From assembly GCF_035084215.1 (NCBI RefSeq), contig NC_090325.1:134850001-134914000 (forward strand): a stretch of DNA of 64,000 nt, given 5' to 3'. This document shows positions 36,587-48,669 of the stretch, piece after piece. The stretch's first letter is position 1. Each line of letters starts with the position of its first letter. Made by a program: the position numbers and the translations under genes. The notes under the pieces are model-generated. The model saw only the letters and a list, made by a program, of their open reading frames with translations, ran no database searches and was not told where the DNA came from. Origin of the DNA: Heptranchias perlo. Its lineage: Eukaryota.

Positions 36587-38299
36587 TATTAATAGGTCTA
36601 TTCTACAAACCACCTAATAGTGGATGGGAAGTGGAGGAAGAAATATGCAGGCAAATCTATGAAATGAGTAAAAAAACTGACTAATAATCATGGGAGATTT
36701 CAACTACCCCCAAATAAACTGGCAAGAAGAGACAGGGAAAGGGGAAAGGTAAATGGTATTTTTACAATGAGTCCAGGACTCCTTTCTTACCCAGTATGTG
36801 AGAAGCCCAACAAGAGAGGAATCACTGCTGGATCTAGTAATGGGAAATGAACCAGAGTAGATAAAAAAAGTAGGCATAGGGGAACATCCAAGCAATAGTG
36901 ATCATAACATAATAAGGATTAAAATAAAGATTGAGAAAGACATAAGTAAGACAAAGACCAAAGTAATAGACTGGAAAAAAGTTAATTTTGAGGGGATGAG
37001 AATGGAACTAGTGAGGGAAGGTAAAGTGGGAAAAAATGTTGAAAGACAAAGAAATAGAACAGCAATGGGAAATATTTAAAACGATGATCAATAGAGTCCA
37101 AGAGAAATATATTCCTCTAAAAAAACAAGAACAAACTAGCCAGTAATGAAACACCATGGATGAATAAAGAGATAAAGGTAAAATTGAAACTAAAGAAAAA
37201 GGCATACACTAAGTACGTAGACAATAAAGGAAAGGAGGACTAAAGGGAATACGAAGAGGTTAGGAAAGAGGTCAAAAAAAATTAGGAAAGCAAAGAGGAA
37301 CTGTGAGATTAAATTATCAAGGAATATGAAAGAAATAATAAAGTATTCTATAGACACATAAATAACAAAAGAAAAATCAGGATCGGGAAAGGGCCACTAA
37401 GGGATACACACGATAAACTTACAGGTAATGACAGCAAAATGGCAGAAACTTCGCCTCAGTATTTACCAGGGAGACTAACATTGGTGGGCATGACATTAGA
37501 AGAAGAAATCAAAAAAAACATAGAGACATTTAAGTTATAAAGGGGGGAGATCATTGATAAACTAATCAAACTTAGAGAGGATAAAACCGTTCATCAGGAT
37601 AGATTGCATCTGCGAATATTAAACGAAGTTAGGGAAAAGTTGGCAGAGGCACTATTACATATCTATAAAAATTCATTAGGAAAGGGAATAGTGCCAGAGG
37701 ACTGGTGGACACCTAATGTTATTCCTACATTTAAAAAGGGAGATAGAACAAGTCCAGGGAACTATAGACCAGTTAGCTTAATGTCGGTGATAAGAAAGAT
37801 AATGGAATCCTTACTCAAAGGTGTAATAGAAAAATATCTAGAAAATGAAAATATAATAAAGAAGTCAGCAATGATTTCAGAAGGAAAAGTCATGATTGAC
37901 CAACCTTATTGAATTCTTTGAAGAAGTAATAGAAAGAGTAGACAAGGGTAATGCAGTAACTGTAATATATTTGGATTTTCAAAAGGCCTTCAATAAGGTA
38001 CCGCATAGTAGACTCACGACTAAGGTCAGAGCATGTGGAGTCAGGGGACAAGTAGCAGAATGGATAGCAAGCTGGCTACAAAACAGAAAAGAGAGTAGGG
38101 GTTAAAGGTACTTACTCAGACTGGCAAAAGGTGGGAAGTGGTGTTCCACAAGGATCGGTGCTGGGACCACTGTTGTTCACCATTTACATAAACGATTTGG
38201 ACTCAGGAATCAGAAGCAACTTGTAGCACTGTAGCATACATTTGTAGCACTGGCTATGTAACGGTAGGTTTTCAAGCGAAAAGTAATTTATCTAGCCAG

Positions 38300-39167
38300 G
38301 GTGACAGATATTTTGGCCCCAATAGTAGCGGGGAGGTGGGATGGCAGCGGGGGTGGGGGGGGGGGGGCGATTGGGCGCGTGGCAAACCCGCATGAACCGA
38401 ACTTACCGTTTCCGACGCAATCACACGTTGATTGATGGTGGTTAACGTCCCCTCCGGGTTTCCCGCCCGGCAGCTGGCCTGATTGACAGGCTGGCTGCTA
38501 TCAGGAGCTACAGCGTGAGGTGGGGCGAGAAAGAGAGAGAGCCAGACGTTATCCAGCGCTGGACTGGAAGACTCGGGGTGGGGGGGGAGGAGAGGGGAAG
38601 ACTGGCGGGGGGGGTGGGGGTAGAGGGGAAGATCAGGAGGGAGAGGAGAAAATCGGGGGGGGGAGAGGGGAAGATCGGGTGGGAGAGGGGAAGATTGGGA
38701 TGGTGAGATCAGGGGGACATCGGGAGGGTGAAGAGGGGGACATCGGAGCGGGAGACATTGGATATTGGAGCAGGTTTCAAAGGTAGGTGCATTTAGTGTT
38801 TTCACTTCCTTGCATGATTTTTTATTTAATTTATTTTGTTTCTTGTTCCCTGATCCGGCCCTTCACGTCTGGTTTCACCAGGCATGAATCAGAAGTGGTG
38901 GGTAAGCCGCCCAGGTAAATTAAAAATCTTTCATCTGTCACAGGTAAAGTGCCTAAAGTATCTCAATGAGGTACATTTGGCACTTTAACTGTCATCCCAC
39001 AGGCTTTAATTGCCGGCAGGACTTCCGTTTTCGGGTCGCCCGCATACGTACAGGTGGGTCCCTGGGAAACTTGGAAGCCGGCTTCCGAACCCAGATGGGA
39101 TTTGAGCGATTTTCAGAGCCCCCCCCCCGCCCCCAACACACCCGCATTTGCCTCCTAAAATCACCCC
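38300..39167. mobile_element. GC-rich Harbinger-type MITE with internal purine-rich minisatellite (38576-38755)
   Basis: Terminus taaaatcacccc; CpG-rich; repeated gagaggggaagatcg units. Confidence 0.55.
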
Positions 39168-39453
39168 TTTTAAGTATGATAATAAAGCAGTTGCACAGAC
39201 TTCAATACAACTTTACAGGATCCGGTTCCTTCTGCAGTGAACTTAACCCATATATGACAATATCTGGTTTAGTGCGGACACTTAACGTTTTGGATAGTGT
39301 CTGATTCTCTGCATTTTCAGAAATATAAGTTGATAAAATTATCCTCTCTTTTTGAACTTCAATGGCGATCTGCTGCATCAGTTACCCTTGCTTGCATTCC
39401 ATGCCAATGAGATAGAGTTGAGCCTCATGTGTTACAGGGTAGCTCCACTTAAG

Positions 39454-40003
39454 TGTCAGTTTGGCTTAGTTGGTAGCATTCTCATCTCTAAATCAGAAGT
39501 TTTTAGGTTCGAGCTGCACTCCGGGACTTGGCTCACACTTCAGTGCTGTAGTGAGGGAGTGCTGCATTTTTAGAGGTGTCATCTTTCAGATGAGACTTTG
39601 AACCGAGGCTCCATCTGCCTGCTCCGGTGGTTCAGTAGGAACCTGACATTATTCAAAGAGGAGAAGTGCAGTCTCCTAGTGACCTGGCCAACATTCCTCC
39701 CTCAACACACCAACAAAACAGATTAAGGGTATCATCTCATTGTTATTTATGGGATCTTGTGGTGTGCAAAATAGCTGCTGCATTCACCTGCTTAACAACA
39801 GTAAGTCACTGTGTGTGAAGTGCTTTGAGGTGTTTCTCGGCAACATGATAAAAATTACAAAGAAGAATGTACAGCACAGAAACAGGCCATTCGTCCCAAC
39901 AGGTCCATGCCAGTGTTATGTTCCACGCGAGTCTTCTCCCACCCTTCTTCATCTAACCCTATCGAACATGATAAGATTCTATATATATGCAAGTCTTTCT
40001 TTT
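39454..40003 (+). mobile_element. SacSINE1-like SINE with nested CR1 tail
   Basis: Aligns to 8759-9224; tail atgcaagtctttcttt. Confidence 0.75.
39852..39964 (-). mobile_element. 113-bp CR1-type 3' end nested in a SINE
   Basis: 10-bp TSD aacatgataa (39842-39851 / 39965-39974); reverse complement of 23830-23930. Confidence 0.8.
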
Positions 40004-40236
40004 AGATCTGTCCCGCTGCCTGTAAATGCCATATATTTATATGAGACATATATGTCTTCAGCAGGTGATACAAGTCAAGCTGTTCCCTTGGAAAATTAGA
40101 GTCAATGATGGGAGACGCATTTGAAAATTGCAGTCAGCATACCCAGGTTCTACAAGTGAGGCAATATAATATAACTTGCTTCATTCATATAACAAGGACA
40201 TTATTGCTATCCTGATCTTAATTATGATGGGATGAG

Positions 40237-41931
40237 GGGCTAGAAATTGGGACGAATAGCGCCCGTTGTTTCGGCACTACCCGGCCTCACGAACATTCAA
40301 GATGGCGTCTTGGCTGTGCACGCACAATTCCAGCGTGATATGCGCCGGACGTCATCTTGGTATAGGAGTTAGCGCATGTGCTTATACGGAACGCTGGCAG
40401 CATGTAAAGTAAGGAGAAAATGGATACAATCAGTGTGCAATGCTGATTTAAAGTGATAGACATTATTTTGGAGCTTAACGCTCAACTCAACGCACAGTCT
40501 TAACCACGACCATCTGAACATGTCTTAGAGTGCCTGGAGGACCCCCACCAGTGCTTTTTAAAGGGACCATGCAGGATCTACAGGTTAGTGGCTGGATTAT
40601 TGCTTCTGGCTTCCGATACATTTGTACATGTTTTTGGAGGGCTCCTATACATGAATACTAGGACTAGTGGACATAGCCTAACATTTAGAGCCAAGGTATG
40701 CAGGTGTGAAGTTAGGAAACGCTGCTACACGCAAAGGGTGGGAGAAATTTGGAACGCTGTTCTGCAAACTACAGTTGATGCGAGCTGAATTATGAGTTCT
40801 AAATCAGAGATTGATAGATTTCTGTGAACCCAGGGTATTAAGGGATATGGGGCTAAGGCGGGTACATGGAGTTAGGTTACAGGTCCACCATCATCTCATT
40901 GAATGGCGGAACAAGCTCGAGGGGCTAAATGCCACTGCCACTTGCTGCCTCCTGAAATGCGCCACCTTCTCCCGCAAGAAAGCGGGACGTGTATATGGGT
41001 GATGTGCTTGTCATGGTTGAGTAGCTGCCAGTGTGTGTGGCCTATGAGTTGTGGATGCGCGGCTTACAACAGTAATGTGTAAGGGTGAGAGGAAGCATCT
41101 GATTGGAAGAGTTGAGTACTGATGGAAAGAGTTTGTTGGTATGTGGGTGATGGGAGGTGTAGTGCATGGTGCAGTGGATGCGGCTAGTGGTGCAGTTGGT
41201 AGGAAACGCCACTTGACAGTTGACCTCACTCACCTTGACCACTCGTGTCAAAGCATTGAACTTCTTCCTGCACTGCATCCATGTTCGTGGTGCTGTGCCC
41301 GAGGCATTGACTTCGTCCCCCGCTGCCTCCTTAGGCATATGTCTGGAGGGCCTCTTGCACCCCCCCCCCCCACCACCCCTGCGGATATAGGATGTCCCTC
41401 CTTCTGTCCACCTCTTGCACCAAGGCCTGTAGTGCATCATCTGAGAACCTTGGTGCATGCACTCTCGCAGGCTTGCTACCAACTCAAATTTAAAGATTGC
41501 TGAGGTCTGGCATGCAGATTGGAAGATGTGGGATTCAGTAGTGTGCAACCTTTATTCAATGTTTTAATATAACTCATCAGTGTGTAAACATAGGGACGGG
41601 ATCTGCATCTGTGTTTTACGTGTGCGGTGTCTGATGTCCATTCAGACTCCGTGCAGACAGCAGACTGTTATTTTTAGCAAATTACAGGTACCGGCTACCT
41701 TTAAGAGATTTTAAAAGACATCCTCCCTTTAAGATATTGGGCCTCCCCCTGCTGGTGGAAAGTGCGAATTGCATTGAATCCTTGTGTCAATGCTGATTTC
41801 CAACACTGCTTGCAGGTAAGTCCTCAGGCCTGATGAAAGTATCATCCTGCCTGCGCACAGGCCATTGGGTGCAGGTTAATAGCGGATCACGCTGCCCACG
41901 CCCAATAATAGGCCTTAGCAAACTTTCCCCC
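40237..41931 (-). mobile_element. Non-autonomous Harbinger-type element, copy 3
   Basis: Starts gggctagaaattggg; VNASGTAPRTWMQCRKKFNALTRVVK Myb/SANT motif; CR1 cargo ~40652-40930. Confidence 0.8.
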
Positions 41932-43229
41932 GCTCAGTTTAATTGGGATGGGATGCTGATTTTAGCAACCAGTTATCAGGAAAAGCCTGCGTGTGCTATT
42001 CTATTGTAAATATCTAGCATTTAGACGTTAACATACTAAAACTAGCTGTCAACAGATTAGCCACAAGGTGACACCTTCCTGTAAACCAGGCTACTGAAAT
42101 TTTTCTCACCTTCTCTTCCTGTCAGATGACACTGTCCCATTGTGCACACACATGCTGTAAAACCTGTCTCCACAGAGATCTTGTAAGAAGAATACTATTT
42201 TGTATTTTCTATCATGCAACTGTCGCTAAGGCCAGAAACTCACTGAGGTAGGTTTTCACAAAGAGTACACATAACTTGCACATGTATAATTAAGAACAGT
42301 TAGCTTAGACCACGTGTTATAATGCTGCAACACAATCTTGGGGCTCAGCTGGGTTTACAATTCAAGTTTCATTCATTATGATGTCAATTGTACCTTGAAA
42401 CTGGATTACAGTTTGCAATTCAAGGTGGTCATTGTCTCTAATTGAAAACCACCAAATTATTCTGATTGAACATCAGGGTGTTAAAAATCCATGTCAGGGG
42501 AATGGAGGGACATGATGTGTAAGTACCAGGATGCACCAGCCCAGGACCTCCATCACTGATCCCATTAAACCTTGTGGGGTCAAGGAGAGGCTCTTTTATT
42601 TGAATGTAAATGGCAGGCACTCATGCTACTGGAGGGTCAATTTGGCAATGAGCACTGAAGAAGCCACAAATTGTAGCATAACAATGGCCAGTGTTGGGAA
42701 ATGTTGGGGCCATTACTGGAAAAAACTGTTAACTGCCCCCAGCAACCCCTTTTATGAGGGGGTCATATTTAAATATTAAAAGCCATAATCCCAGCCTGGA
42801 CCCCCAGGTGAGGCCCACTACCCCTCCCTGGTGGCCAGGTACACCTGGTCCCACAGGTGTACCTCCACTGATCACACAAAGGGTACCCCTCAGAGTTGAG
42901 AACATGGGAACTCCCAGCATTGGGAATTCTGGGCTCCAGTTCCGACCCCTCCTACACCCCTGCTCTGCCCCTTCCAAGGCCTGTGAAATCACTAAGATAA
43001 GGACTGACCCGGCATATCTGGATCCTGACCTAACTTCCATCTGCTATTTCTGCACTCCTGCCGGAATTATGGAGGATCTGTACCCAAAACGTTAATGTGT
43101 CTGTTCTGTTCTTGTCTATTTTCAACATTTTCCATTTTCATTTTGTATTATCGTATTGTCATATTGCTGCAACCATCAAGCATTAAAACATCACTACGAT
43201 ATGTTACACTTTAAATAATTTCCACACCC

Positions 43230-44410
43230 AGATTATGGATTTTCAAAAGGCCTTTGATAAAGTGCCGCACGGTAGGCTTATCATCAAGATTTCGGCCCAT
43301 GGAATAAAGGGGTAGTAGCAACATGGATACAGAATTGGCTAAGGGACAGGAAACAGACAGTAGTGGTGAACGGTTGTTTTTCAGACTGGAGGGAGGTGTG
43401 CAGTGGTGTTCCCTAGGGGTCAGTGCTGGGACCACTGCTTTTCTTGATATATATTAATGACTTGGACCTGAGTGTACAGGGCACAATTCCAAAATTTGCA
43501 GATGACACAAAACTTGGAAGGGTAGTAAACAGTGAGGAGGATAGTGATAGACTTCAAGAGGATATAGATAGGCTGGTGGCAGACATGTGGCAGATGGAAT
43601 TTAATGCAGAAAAATGCGAAGTGATACATTTTGGTAGGAAGAAAGAGGAGAGGCAATATAAACTAGAGGGCACAACTCTAAAAGGGGTACAGGAACAGAA
43701 AGATCTGGGGGTATATGTGCACAAATCATTGAAGATGGCAGGGCAGGTTGAGAAAGTGGTTAAAAAAGCATACGGGATCCTGAGTTTTATAAATAGAGGC
43801 ATAGAGTACAAAAGTATGGAAGTCATTATGAACCTTTATAAAACACTGGTTCGGCCACAACTGGAGTATTGTATCCAGTTCTGGGCATCGCACTTCAGGA
43901 AAGATGTGAAGGCCTTAGAAAGGGTGCAGAAGAGATTTACTAGAATGATTCAGGGATGAGGGGCTTTAGTTACGTGGATAGACTTGAGAAGCTGGGGTTG
44001 TCCTCTTTGGAACAGAGATGGTTGCGAGGAGATTTGATAGAGGTATTCAAAATCATGAAGGGTCTAGACAGAGTAGATGGAAAGAAACTGTTCCCATTGG
44101 TAGAAGGGTCAAAGGCCAGAGGACATAGACTTAAGGTGATTGGCAAAAGAACCAAAGATGACATGAGGAAAAACTTTTTTACACAGCGAGCGGTTAGGAT
44201 CGGGAATGCACTGCCCGAGGGGGTGTTGGAGGCTGATTCAATCATGGCCTTCAAAAGGGAACCGGATAAGTACTTGAAAGGAAAAAAATTTGCAGGGCTA
44301 CGGGGAAAGGACGGGGGAGTGGGACTAGCTGGATTGCTCTTGCATAGAACCGGCGCGGACTCAATGGGCCAAATGGCCTCCTTCCGTGCTGTAACCTTTC
44401 AATGATTCTA
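43230..44410 (+). mobile_element. Relatively young 5'-truncated CR1 (RT core to 3'UTR)
   Basis: LGPLLFLIYINDL, KFADDTKL, LVRPQLEYC; one stop and one frameshift near 43956. Confidence 0.95.
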
Positions 44411-46279
44411 TTACTTAAAATGAGCAGAGCTTGCCTCCCAAACACGTGTGACAGATGCCATTTAGAATGCATGTGTTTTCTACTGCAACAATAACAAATA
44501 ATTAAAATATACTACACTCATCCTGGTATCTCAAGTGCGCTATCACTGGATAAAGATGTCATGCACATAAGTCATTGAGCTGTTTCTCATGCATTGTTGG
44601 TGTTGTTTACTGTTCTCAGGCTATATTAGGAAATGATCTAAGAGCAGAACCAGGATCAAAAATCAGTAAATTGGTATGTAAAAGTAGTGCATTTTCAGGG
44701 TTGTAATTCAGAGTTAAATAGACCTATACATTGAACTAGAACTAACACATGGAAAAACTTCACCGTAATTAACTTTCAGCCCAGACAAATGCCCCCAAGG
44801 TCTTCCTGGTAAAATGCATGCGAATGTGGGGAAACTGAATGCTAAAAGCAGCATAAATAGAGTTATCTAGAGTGATCAAGTTCTAAAGCTATACAGTACT
44901 AGTCTATACTGATGTTTTGTGTGTTATTTTCGGTTTCTCTGTTCTTCACAATTGGCCAATGGTATTTTATTATTGTTTATTCTCCCCTCTCACATCCAAA
45001 TAATGATGAAATTTACCCTGAATACAAGGACACAAGTGTCAATTTAGACTGGCATTTGAACTTGGATCTACAATGCCTTGAGTTTACTGGCAAATGGAGG
45101 TTCAATTTGCTGTAAAATCCAACTTCTGTTTACAAATAAAAATTGTTTAAAGTTCCAAATTGGCAATGGCCTAAACCAAACCTATCTTTGGATGCATGGA
45201 GATGCATTCCACTACAAACTGATCATGATCCCTTCTGGTCCCTGCAAATGTTATACCCCACTAGCAATTCTTACATAAAATGCCTTTCTCGCTGAAACAC
45301 CCACCTGCTTTTTGTAAAGTTAAAACTTTTGTTTTGAGGTCAAGTACGTTCTCTCCAATGAGGGCAAGACTTTCTTAATTTCTTCTTCTTGCTGGTTCAC
45401 TGTTAGCCACACAACTCTTGCATCCAAGAAGTCAAAATACACAACCTACATCCAAGCCACTGCCAGTATCACTCTTGGGAGTCCCAAGGAAACGGCATGA
45501 GTGTGTTTGCCAAGTTGGAGCCAGCCAAAAACCGGAGAAGAGGTGAGACGGGTTCACAAAATATGTTCAGTAAGAATAAAGGACTGGTTTAAACAAATTT
45601 TAGAAACAGAATTAACTGTATATATCTTAACAAAGGGGTGTTGCACAAATAGAATACAAAAACACATACGTAACCATTGGATTGTACTACTCTACTTTAT
45701 TTTCCATTTAAAGCACATGATAAAACTAGGAATCTTCAACAAGCTTCATTTGAATCAAAATTCAGTTGACATGACATCTTTGTATTTCAATAAGCATACA
45801 AATGTCAACATGCACAGAAATGAATCAACATACATAGGAAATAAAGTTGAACAAATTATGATTTTTTTTTGTTAAATAAAATCTAGGACATATCTCATAT
45901 CTTCTAAATTTAGGAAAATGACTTGGACTGATGCAACTTTGAAGCTTTCCAAAAGAACACATCTAAAAATGTGGATGCGCCTTACAAATCTTGACTTTGC
46001 AATAGATAAGATGTTAACAAAAATAACAGATTACATGACAATGTTCACTGTCTACTTTTACACAAAATGGGTATCCTTTAACTATTTTTGTATTTTCTTA
46101 TCTAAAAATACTGTTAAGTGTAAGAAAAGAGACTCAACTGCAGGGAACCCAACTTTTATAAAGTAATTGCAATAACATTTGCAAACTGTGGGCAAATGTC
46201 ACTAGATCCAAAGTCATACAATCAAATGTCACATGATCAAACCTCCAGAAATACACCCAACCTTAGAGGTAAACCAGCA

Positions 46280-46425
46280 GGGTGGATTTCTTGCCGGTTA
46301 TAAAAGCCACCCAATTTTCATTTCCATTGAATTCAATGGATACGAAAATCGGGCAGTCTCTATAACAGGCAAGTGATCCGCTCTGCCCGTTTACTGCCCA
46401 AGCAGTGCAAATGAAAATCAACCCC
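46280..46425. mobile_element. Small Harbinger-type MITE related to 6507-6620
   Basis: Ends gggtggatttc / gaaaatcaacccc; central palindrome tccattgaattcaatgga (46323-46340). Confidence 0.6.
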
Positions 46426-47041
46426 TCATCAATTTTTCATCATTCACAGGAAGTTATTTGACCTTTAACCCAGTGCCTCCCAACAGCAACATGGCTGAAA
46501 TCAAAACAGAGGGGAATATAAAAATCAAACCAGCAGGCCAAAACTACATGACGCAAAGCATTGATGCTGCAAAACATAGCACCAGTTCACCATCCTAACA
46601 TGTTTCTAAAAATAAAAAGTGAAATATTGAACAAACACAGATAAAACTTAATTTAATAAAAATAACAAAATTTACTGCCATGGTCTCCTGATTGGTAAAG
46701 ACACCACATAATTTTTTTGGGGTCCTTTCTGGCAAAGGTGGAAGAAACTGAGGCAGAAGGTCTGGGAAGACCCCTTTCCACCTCATCTCCATGCCTGCCC
46801 TTGTCCTGCACCTGGTGTAGGTACAGGTCCAGTTCTGCCTCTTCGGCAAAATTCCTGGAGCAACATAAAGAGGGTGGAGACCCACATAATGAATCTCTGT
46901 CCCTATTTCCTATGTTCATGCCTAGGAATAAACATTACCCATGTGCAAACCAGAGGAAGATCTGCTCCTTTATTTCTATAGGGCTCTGAATATGTTTTTC
47001 CTTAATGTAATGGGAAGGGGAAATTGCAACTGTTTAACTTA

Positions 47042-47501
47042 GGAAAGGAAAGGACTTGCATTCAAATAACACCTTTCATGACCTCAGGACATCCCAACGT
47101 GCTTTACAGCCAATTAAATACTTTTTTTTTAAGTGTAGTCACTGTTGTAATGTAGAAAAACACAGCAGCCAATTTGCAGACAGCAAGCTCCCACATACAG
47201 CAATGAAATACATGACAAGATAATCCATTTTATGTTGGTTCAGGGATAAGTTTGGCCAGGACACCAGAGAACTCCCTTGCTCTTCTTCGGATATGGGATT
47301 TTAAAAATCCACCTGAGGGGCAGATAATGCCTCGGTTTAACATCTCATCTGAAAGACAGCATCTCTGACAGTGCACTGCTCCCTCAGTAATTACACTAAA
47401 GTGTCAGCATAGATTATGTGCTCAAGTCTCTAGGGTGAGGCTTGAGCCCACAACCTTCTAACTCAAAGGCAAGAGTGCTACATACTTATCCAAGGCTGAC
47501 A
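47042..47501 (-). mobile_element. SacSINE1-like SINE, full length
   Basis: Colinear with 59-527. Confidence 0.8.
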
Positions 47502-48009
47502 CCATCCAGTCTTAACTTAAGTCAACTTAGTCTTGCAGTTCACAAAACTAAAAGGAAATATCTGGATTCACTTAGCACAGTACAACAGTACTGCATTAAG
47601 ACTATAATAAAATGAAATTAATGTTATTAAAGCAAGAGAGTTGCAATCAAGAGACTGTCATTATGGAGCATCACTATATAAATCTACTTCAGTGATAACA
47701 GTAAGAACCTACTACTGTGACTGCCATTATGTGGTTGTAACTAAGGTCAAAATCAGCTGAATAATTTTTCCAGGCATCATTTGGTTTCTAAAAATAACAT
47801 GAGTGAATTACTAGTTTTGGAGCCAAGCCACATGGGGTTCACAGCTTACTGGAGTCAAAAGCTCATGGTAATTAACTGAGTTCTTGGCATCAAATCAAAA
47901 ACGTAAACACACTGATGGCCAAAACCATGTCTGTGCAGTGGTCGCTGTTAAAGTGCAAGATGTCAGATACATAAAATAGTAATTTCTAATGAGAAGATTA
48001 ATAATAGCT

Positions 48010-48220
48010 TCTCCTCCCCATGCCCAGACAGCCACCTCGAGTGTGCCCCAGGCTCCTTCCTATCCCCCTCTATTCCTTATCAATATGCTGCCCATCGATG
48101 ACATCATCAGCAAAGTTGGGTCAGCTTCCACATCCAAGCCAATGACAGCCAGCTCTACCTCTCTGCCTCTAGCCTGGATTCCACAATGGTCACCATGCTG
48201 TTTGTCTGCCATCAAGTCCT
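48010..48220 (+). mobile_element. L2 RT core fragment
   Basis: gtgccccaggctcc..cccctctattccttatcaatatgctgccc..gccaatgacagccagctctac (degenerate VPQGS/YADD region). Confidence 0.6.
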
Positions 48221-48224
48221 AGAT

Positions 48225-48669
48225 CAGTGTTGTCGAATATAAATTGCTGACTAGCCACAAGTGTGGCTACAGCGACACTGTTTTAACCACATGCACTAAT
48301 TTTAATAGAAAATGCCTAACATACACTCACACATTACAGGTAAATGTACTTCGCATGTGTTTACTTATTAACAAACATCTACCACCATTCAGTAACCATG
48401 GAATTAAAGCATGCACAATGATCAAAAAACACTCACACACTCTGATTTTTGTCTTATCATTTTACCAACAAACACATAAAAAGGTTAAAGTACACATGCA
48501 TACGATGTGCGAATATGAATATTGATGTCATATGCCCAACAACGGTATCTATGACTCATTTTTTATTTACCAATTCGAAATGAAATTAGTCACATCTGGA
48601 TTCCCAATTAGCCAAATGTGACTAGTGGCTACAGTTGCATTGCTGTCAAAGTACTGCCCAGCAATACTG
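48225..48669. mobile_element. Possible hAT-Charlie-like non-autonomous element
   Basis: Ends cagtgttg / caatactg, subterminal tagccac..tgtggcta motifs; no clear 8-bp TSD. Confidence 0.4.

Larger units (their letters stand above)
35440..38218 (+). mobile_element. Decayed CR1 (end of ORF1 esterase plus ORF2 up to the RT core), same subfamily as 20914-23113
   Basis: PDVVGITETWL, NYRPVSL, YLDFQKAFNKVPH; contains nested CR1 tails. Confidence 0.9.

Noticed and set aside
38272-38805. Proline-rich 177-aa ORF
   Set aside because: Translation of the C-rich strand of a low-complexity tract inside a MITE.
43423-44405. Possibly active or domesticated reverse transcriptase
   Set aside because: 5'-truncated, with an upstream stop in the PQG motif and a frameshift near 43956.
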